Shown piece by piece: positions 58,577-64,000 of a stretch of 64,000 bases of DNA; the first letter of the stretch is position 1; every line of letters begins with the position of its first letter. The stretch is taken from positions 14,663 to 78,662 of the forward strand of contig CAVTPV010000002.1 of NCBI GenBank assembly GCA_963736705.1. The letters run 5' to 3'. The notes under the pieces were generated by a model. That model did not search any database. It had not been told where the DNA came from and saw only the letters and a list, made by a program, of their open reading frames with translations. The DNA comes from an uncultured Actinomycetota bacterium (GTDB lineage: Bacteria > Actinomycetota > Thermoleophilia > RBG-16-64-13). Position numbers and translations under genes: made by a program.

Positions 58577-61056
58577 AGTGGAAATACAGACCCCCTCCCT
58601 CCCGTCCCGTGCCATCCATCCTCAGAGATCCCACCGCTCTCGGGTCCGCCGCATGATCAGGCCGGCCGTGATAGCGGGAGCCATCGCCGTCCTCGCCGGT
58701 CTCGTCTTCACCCCTGTCGCCTCCGCGGCGACGGGTGATTTCGTCATCAACGGGCGGGGATACGCCCACGGCGTCGGCATGAGTCAGTGGGGGATGTGGC
58801 AAGGGGCCCGCGAAGGGAACACCTACCAGCAGATCCTGGCCTTTTACTACCCGGGCACCACCCTCACCACGGTCTCGGCCGTCAACCCGGCTCGGCAGAC
58901 CATCACCGTGCGCATCACCACCAGCGTCGACACCTTCACGACCGTCCAGCTGACCGCGATGGTCACCCCTGCCACCCTTTCGGACTCGTCGGGCGCGACG
59001 ATCCAGGCGCTGGCCGTGGGCGAGAGCGTCACCCTCGTGTACGGCGGCGGCAAGGTGCTCATCCAGGGCACCGACCCTGCCACCGGGCCCTCGTACTCCT
59101 ATGTGGACCTCAAGCCCGATTCGGATACCGGCCGGGTGATGATCACGCCCAGCGACATCTGGTCGAGCGGGTCAAGACAGTACTGGGGGTACGCGCGCGT
59201 CCTCCCCAGCTCCTCGACCGGCGAGCTCTACGTCCACAATGTGGTGGACATAGACGACTATGCGGCCGGGGTCTCGGAGATCGCTCCCGAATGGGCGATG
59301 CCGAGCAGCACGTCGTACTTCGCTCCGGACGCGGTCAAGGCGCAGGCCGTGGCCGCCCGGTCGTTCACGGCGGCCCATACGTCTTCTGTCCCGTACGACG
59401 ACACGCGCGACCTGAACTACGTGGGGTACAACGTGGAGGTCACGTACCCGTTTCTGAGGCAGGCCGCGACCGAGACCGCCGGTGAAGTGCTCACCTACAA
59501 GGGCAAGTTCATCGGCGTGCACTTCTCCAGCAGTTCCGGGGGCTTCACCACGGATTCCTATTGGGGCGATACCGGGAACGCGGCCTTCGAGCCGGCCCAC
59601 GCCGACCCCTGGAGCCTCAGTGCCCCGCCTTCCAATCCCGGCTACGCCTGGACGGTAACAGTCAGTCCCGCTGAGATGGCCGCCGATCTCTCCAGCCATC
59701 TGAACGTGGGGACCATCACGCAGGTGGATGTCATCTCCCGCGATGTGGCCGACCCGGGGGCGCACGCCCGCTATCTCCGGGTGACCGGCACCACCGGCAC
59801 CGACACCATCGCCGCCCGTGACTTCAAAGCCCACCTGGGCCTCAGGTCCACGCTGATCCTGAGCATCGTCAAGGATGGCAGCCTCAACCGGTACCAACAG
59901 AGCGACACGAACCTCGTCTATATCGGGACCTGGACGCCGACTTCCGCCACCGCGGCGGCCGGTGGCAGCTTCCGCTACTCAAACACCTCGGGCGCGTCGT
60001 GCACCGTGAGCTTCAACGGCACCTCGCTGGCCTGGCTGGCCAAGAAGAGCCCGTCGTACGGCATCGCCAGGCTCACCCTGGACGGAGACGACATGGGGAC
60101 CGTGGACCTCTACAACGCCTCCACCATCTACGCGAAGGTCTGGGAGACCGCCACCCTGGAAAACGGCACGCACACCCTCAAGATCGAGCGGACCGGTGAC
60201 AAGAACGCGCTCGCCACAGACAAGAACATCTCGGTGGATGCGTTCGATGTCAACGGGAGCATCGTCCCGGCGCCCAAGCCTCCGGTGACGAAGACCTATC
60301 AACAGACCGACTCGAACCTCTTCTATCTGGGCACGTGGACCCCGCAGTCCGCCACGGCGGCGTCCGGGGGCAGCTTCCGGTACATCGACGCCAAGGGGTC
60401 GTGCACCGTGAGGTTCACCGGCACCTCCCTGGCCTGGCTGGCCAAGAAGAAATCCACCTACGGCATCGCCAAGCTCACTCTCGACGGGGCTAGCAAGGGC
60501 ATGGTCGACCTCTACAGCACCACCGAGACATACGGCAAGGTCTGGGAGACCGGCACGCTTGCCTCGGGTGCCCACACGCTCACCATCGAGTGGACTGGCA
60601 CCAAGAACGCCTCGGCCACCGGCAAGAACATCGCCGTGGACGCCTTCCAGATCGTGGGGACCATCGCCAAGGCTCCGCCACGGTATGAGCAGACGGAACC
60701 CGTCATCACCTACGCCGGGACGTGGTCGACGTTCAGCGCGGACGGCGCCTCGGGAGGCAGTTACAAACGTGCCAATACCAGCGGCGCTTCCGTGACCATC
60801 GAGTTCAACGGGACCTACCTGGGCTGGATAGCGACGAAGGGCACCACCCTCGGCAAGGCCAAGGTGTCGATCGACGGAGGAACGGCCGTGACCGTGAACC
60901 TGGCCGCGACGGCGGTGGCCTACCAGCAACTGGTCTGGAGCACGGGGATCCTCGACAGCGGGCTCCCATACGGTGAAGATCACGTGGAGCACGAGCAACG
61001 CGGCCGGCAAGTACATCAGCCTGGACGCTGTCGACCTGGTCGGTACCCTCGAGTAA
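58577..61056 (+). CDS. Secreted SpoIID/LytB-domain protein with three C-terminal carbohydrate-binding-like repeats; one frame break near 60965
   Basis: GTG 58577 lies 7 nt after GGAGGAG. The signal peptide is ...MIRPAVIAGAIAVLAGLVFTPVASA. The SpoIID text is INGRGYAHGVGMSQWGM, ...DDYAAGVSEIAPEW..., ...AVKAQAVAARSF..., ...HFSSSSGGFT. Three modules of about 130 aa follow. The last 30 codons (HTVKITWSTSNAAGKYISLDAVDLVGTLE-stop) were read by hand. Confidence 0.8.
59886..61053 (+). repeat. Three tandem in-frame repeats (periods about 404 and 388 nt) inside the SpoIID-domain gene
   Basis: The modules start near 59889 (RYQQSDTNLVYIGTWTP), 60293 (TYQQTDSNLFYLGTWTP) and 60681 (RYEQTEPVITYAGTWST). Each contains GGSFRY/GGSYKR, F(N/T)GT(S/Y)L(A/G)W(L/I)A.K, YGIA(R/K)LTLDG / LGKAKVSIDG and an I(S/A)(V/L)DAF/AVD ending. 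The similarity is also visible at DNA level. Confidence 0.8.
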
Positions 61057-61076
61057 GGTCGAGCACGAAGAAGAAG

Positions 61077-61111
61077 GGGCCCCGCGACGCGGGGCCCGCT
61101 ACAAAGCGGGC
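61077..61111. terminator. Two overlapping GC hairpins between convergent genes (bidirectional terminator candidate)
   Basis: GGGCCCCGCG-a-CGCGGGGCCC (61077-61097) and GCCCGCT-acaa-AGCGGGC (61094-61111) are followed by CCCCGCTCCTTTTCCC. They lie between the stops at 61056 (+) and 61163 (-). Confidence 0.6.
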
Positions 61112-61162
61112 CCCGCTCCTTTTCCCGGTGATCCGGTGATCGCGAAGCTCAGGTTCCTGCTA

Positions 61163-62205
61163 TCACGCCGGGTCGAACATCACCGCGTCGGCGACGACGT
61201 AGCCGTTCGCCCCCGTCGCGGACAAGGTGATGCTGCCGGACGCGGTCGAATAGCCCGACTTGAACGAGTACATGCCGAGCGAGACCCAGCGCGACCCGTT
61301 GATCCTCTGGTTGATGTAGCGCTTGTACGAGCCGGCCGGGGTGTTGACCGTCACCGTGCTCCCGGAGGAACGGTCGGTGCCGGCGGTCCAGCGCATGAAG
61401 ATCTCGTAGCTGCCCGTGGAAGGCAGGCGCGGGGTCCAGCGCGCCCAGGCGCGTGCCGGTGGTGGCGGCGTGCACCTGGTAGTCGGTGCCCCAGTAGCCG
61501 GCCACGCCGGTGGAACGGGTCCAGTTGCCCCCGACGTCCGTGCCGCCGGTGCTCTTGGCCGTCGGGTTGTCGAGGATGATGCCGGAGCTGCTCATGGAAT
61601 CGCGTCTGATGGGCTTGTATTCGCTCCCCAGGTACCGGCTGATCCGCCGGATCTGCATGCCGGTGCCCGGCGCCTCGTAGATGACGGGCGAGTTCCACGC
61701 GTCGCCACTGTAGTAGATGGTGACGTGTCCGGAGACGCCGTTGTTCTTGACCAGGATGTCACCCATCCGCAGGTCCGCCCGGCTGTCCAGCTCAGACCAG
61801 GGACCCCCACAGGTTGTAGAAGCTGGCGCTGGTGTAGCGGGAGAACGTGGCGTTGCTGCCGCTCTCTTCCTGATAGTAGAGGGTCTTGGGGACCTCCCAG
61901 CACTTGAGGCCGAGGCCGGAGCAGTCCGGGCCGTTGGTGCCGGGGCTGTCGGGCACCCAGCTCTCCTGTCCCCAGATGTAGTCGGTGCCTATGGCCGACT
62001 CCGCCCGGGCGATGATCTCGTACGGGGTCATGGTCGGAATGGCCGCCTGCGCGTTCGCCGGGGTGAGCACGAACACGAACACCGCCGAAAGGGCTAGGCC
62101 GAAGCCGGCCGCAGCCGATGCGAAACCGAGCCGGGGGCGCCGGAAACGCCGGCCGGCCGGCGTGTCCGGCGTCGCTGCCGCCGTCGCGGGGGTCGAGCTG
62201 ATCAT
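61163..62205 (-). CDS. Secreted NlpC/P60 (C40) cell-wall peptidase with a golvesin-C-terminal-like domain; two frame breaks (near 61790 and 61400)
   Basis: The ATG overlaps the upstream stop (ATGA). An RR-containing signal (GRRFRRPRLGFASAAAGFGLALSAVFVFVLTPANAQA) is followed by DYIWGQESW...GPDCSGLGLKCW, which contains the catalytic Cys. Also seen are MGDILVKNNGVSGHVTIYYSGD... and the tail ...NWTRSTGVAGYWGTDYQVH...RWTAGTDRSSGSTVTVNTPAGSYKRYINQRINGSRWVSLGMYSFKSG...GANGYVVADAVMF. Confidence 0.7.
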
Positions 62206-63488
62206 GGCTGCACCTCCTCGCTGCCGGAGCCGGAGACCGCGCTGCCGGGAAGTGTGTGGATGAAGATGGTGTATCCCTGAGCGCTGCCCACCGGCTGGAA
62301 CACCCGGCCGTCCGGGGAGACGACGAAGGGCTGGCCGAGGTACGCGAACGGGGAATCCGAAAGGGTGATGGTGTCCGTGAGCGCCGGGGCGGCCTCATTC
62401 TGGGCCGCCGCGGCGGCCAAGCGGCCGATGATCAGCGCGGGCGCGACTTTGGAGTCGCTCTTGGCACGGAGCAGCCTGGCGCCGACGATGAGCCCGCCCT
62501 GCCCATCTCCATCGACGGAGACGAGAGACTCGATGGCCCTACCGGCGAAGTTCGGCGTCACGGCCTGGGTCTGCTGGCCCTTCAGACTCGTCTTGTCGAC
62601 CTTGAAGCGCTTGACCTTCATGCCGTCCTTGGGTTTGAAGGTGATCTTGACGGCCTTGCTCAGATCGCGGTCCACGGGGCGACCGGCCATCACGCGGAGG
62701 CCTGCCTTGGCCGGCGTGGCGCCTCGGGCGACCGAGACACCGCTATTGGTCAGGTCGACCGCAAACACGCTCTCGTGCGCCACTTCGATGCAGGGCCCGT
62801 CAGCGGTGAGCAGCAGTCCGGTGACGACGTCATCCAGCGCCGGCACCTGCGCCCTCTGGAGGACGGCGCCTTGCCAGTCCACAGAGACGAGCATCCGGTC
62901 CGCATCCGCGTCGAGAACGTAGACGGCTTCGTCGTCGACCGCCAGGAACCGGGGCTCCGAGAGGGTCAGCGGGATGGTGTCCGCGATCGACCCGTCGGCT
63001 GCCAGAAGGACCAGGCGGGAGTTGACTGAGTCGAGCACGGCGATCCGCCCATCGGGCGCCACCGCCAGGGCTTCGGGACCGCGAGTGAGCCCCTCGCCAG
63101 GCTGGGCCAGACCCACCTGGCCGTCTCCGGTGCCCCAAGGGAGCGTGACCAGCTTGCGGCCTGGCGCAGGTTCGACGGGAGCCGGGACCGCAGGCGCCTG
63201 GTCCGCGGGCCCGGCGTCAGTGGTGACCGGGCCGATGGGCACCGGGTCGGTGTCGGATGGGTCGGCCGGCACGGCCAGAGTGGAACTGGTGGTCTCGGCG
63301 GTCGCCGGCCGGACGAACCCCGGCGCTACCAACGCGCAGAACAGAAGCGCGAGTACCGCCAACGCCGAACCCAGCGCGATGAACGGTGGCGCGCCTAACT
63401 GGGCGGCGCAGGACCGCATGCAACGGGACACCGCTCTCGGGGTGCCTCGCGCCTGCCCGCCTGCTTGAGGTGAGGGTGGTCTGAACAT
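62202..63488 (-). CDS. Secreted/membrane-anchored hypothetical protein (possible beta-propeller-like repeats)
   Basis: The ORF is intact, with ATG 63488 lying 6 nt after AGGAGGAA. An N-terminal TM/signal (FIALGSALAVLALLFCALVAPGF) and a Pro/Ala/Asp linker are followed by recurring ...APDGRIAVLDS.., ..AADGSIADTI.., ..VSPDGRVFQPV.. strands. No family recognised. Confidence 0.6.
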   Translation of the reverse strand: MFRPPSPQAGGQARGTPRAVSRCMRSCAAQLGAPPFIALGSALAVLALLFCALVAPGFVRPATAETTSSTLAVPADPSDTDPVPIGPVTTDAGPADQAPAVPAPVEPAPGRKLVTLPWGTGDGQVGLAQPGEGLTRGPEALAVAPDGRIAVLDSVNSRLVLLAADGSIADTIPLTLSEPRFLAVDDEAVYVLDADADRMLVSVDWQGAVLQRAQVPALDDVVTGLLLTADGPCIEVAHESVFAVDLTNSGVSVARGATPAKAGLRVMAGRPVDRDLSKAVKITFKPKDGMKVKRFKVDKTSLKGQQTQAVTPNFAGRAIESLVSVDGDGQGGLIVGARLLRAKSDSKVAPALIIGRLAAAAAQNEAAPALTDTITLSDSPFAYLGQPFVVSPDGRVFQPVGSAQGYTIFIHTLPGSAVSGSGSEEVQP

Positions 63489-63682
63489 GGTGGCTTCCTC
63501 CTAGCCGTGGCGATTCATGACACGCCGAGGCTAAGTGGCCCGGCCAAGCGGGTCCCATAGGACCAAAGGATGGTCATGGCGGCCGACGGCTGCGCCGTGC
63601 GCCGCCGTTCCCGCCGGTAGCCGGGCGGCCCACGCCCGCCCGCCCCCGGCGGGACCCGGTGCGGCTGGGGTACACTGAGGCC

Positions 63683-64000
63683 ATGATCATCCTGTTCTTT
63701 GCCGACGTCATCGGGAAGCCGGGCCGCGAGGCCCTCATCAAGAAACTGCCCTTACTCAAGGAGCGGTACAACGCGGACGTGGTCGTCGCCAACGGCGAGA
63801 ACGCCACCGACGGCAAGGGCATCAAGCCCGCCCATGCCGAGGCGCTTCTGAGCGCCGGCGTCGATGTCATCACCACCGGAAACCACGTTTGGAAGCAGCG
63901 GGACGCCTACCGCTATCTCGACGAGCAGCCCCGCATCGTCCGTCCGTACAACTTCCTGAGCTCGAACCCGGGCAGGGGCGTCACAGTGGTCGACACCCGA
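63683..64000 (+). CDS. ymdB: YmdB-family metallophosphoesterase (2',3'-cyclic-nucleotide phosphodiesterase-like), 5' part only
   Basis: It is not in the ORF track (open at the window end). Hand translation from ATG 63683 gives MIILFFADVIGKPGREALIKKLPLLKERYNADVVVANGENATDGKGIKPAHAEALLSAGVDVITTGNHVWKQRDAYRYLDEQPRIVRPYNF..., the TIGR00282-type signature. Confidence 0.8.
   Translation, partial: MIILFFADVIGKPGREALIKKLPLLKERYNADVVVANGENATDGKGIKPAHAEALLSAGVDVITTGNHVWKQRDAYRYLDEQPRIVRPYNFLSSNPGRGVTVVDTR

Noticed and set aside
63489-63682. Looked for a cyclic-di-AMP (ydaO-type) or other riboswitch in the 194-nt GC-rich leader upstream of the secreted-protein / C40 peptidase operon
   Set aside because: I could not find the conserved ACGGGGUGAAUC / GGGGAxCC-type cores by eye on the relevant strand. 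Only generic GC-rich sequence is present. A covariance-model scan would be needed to be sure.

Overview
High-GC (by eye about two-thirds G+C) Gram-positive-type chromosome segment with strong GGAGG ribosome-binding sites, centred on the replication origin. The core has Bacillus-like origin synteny. On the minus strand: parB, parA, rsmG, mnmG, mnmE, jag, yidC, yidD, rnpA, rpmH. Then a spacer bearing DnaA boxes. On the plus strand: dnaA, dnaN, yaaA-like S4 gene, recF, DUF721/DciA-like gene, gyrB, gyrA, tRNA-Ile, tRNA-Ala. Gene orientation flips at about 30.6-31.6 kb, consistent with oriC. There is a perfect parS inside mnmG. DnaA-box clusters lie upstream of dnaA and between dnaA and dnaN, the latter followed by the only strongly AT-rich stretch (candidate DUE). 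Left arm (0-20 kb): a tandem paralog array plus a hydrolase-like gene, a MerR/TetR fusion regulator, a Liv-type branched-chain amino-acid ABC operon, a stand-alone TrpB2, a GT4 plus two GH57 alpha-glucan cluster, a DUF62 SAM hydrolase-like gene, rlmN, cobO, a Roadblock/LC7 pair and a SIMPL lipoprotein. Right arm (42-64 kb): an orphan membrane protein, a YugP-like Zn peptidase, a CbiA-like protein with degenerate catalytic motifs, chorismate mutase, a bifunctional-nuclease-family gene, usp, a degenerate-GGDEF membrane protein, ddl, an amidohydrolase-2/LarB pair, and an envelope glycopolymer cluster (wecB/mnaA, DUF4330, O-antigen-ligase-like, GT4-GT26 fusion, murJ). It ends with a SpoIID/LytB protein carrying three C-terminal repeats, a C40 peptidase with a golvesin-like domain, a secreted hypothetical protein and the start of ymdB. 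I saw no rRNA, CRISPR array, transposase or integrase. Many genes, including essential ones, are split across frames by single-base indels. These look more like consensus errors than decay, so most coordinates for split genes are end-to-end spans across frame breaks. The most unusual items are: a GHKL-ATPase/winged-HTH gene between the upstream DnaA-box cluster and dnaA; an FAD-fold gene inside the mnmE-mnmG pair; the catalytically degenerate CbiA homolog; a GTPase-less Roadblock pair; and an orphan LarB coupled to an amidohydrolase. All family calls come from motif recognition by eye, not from searches.
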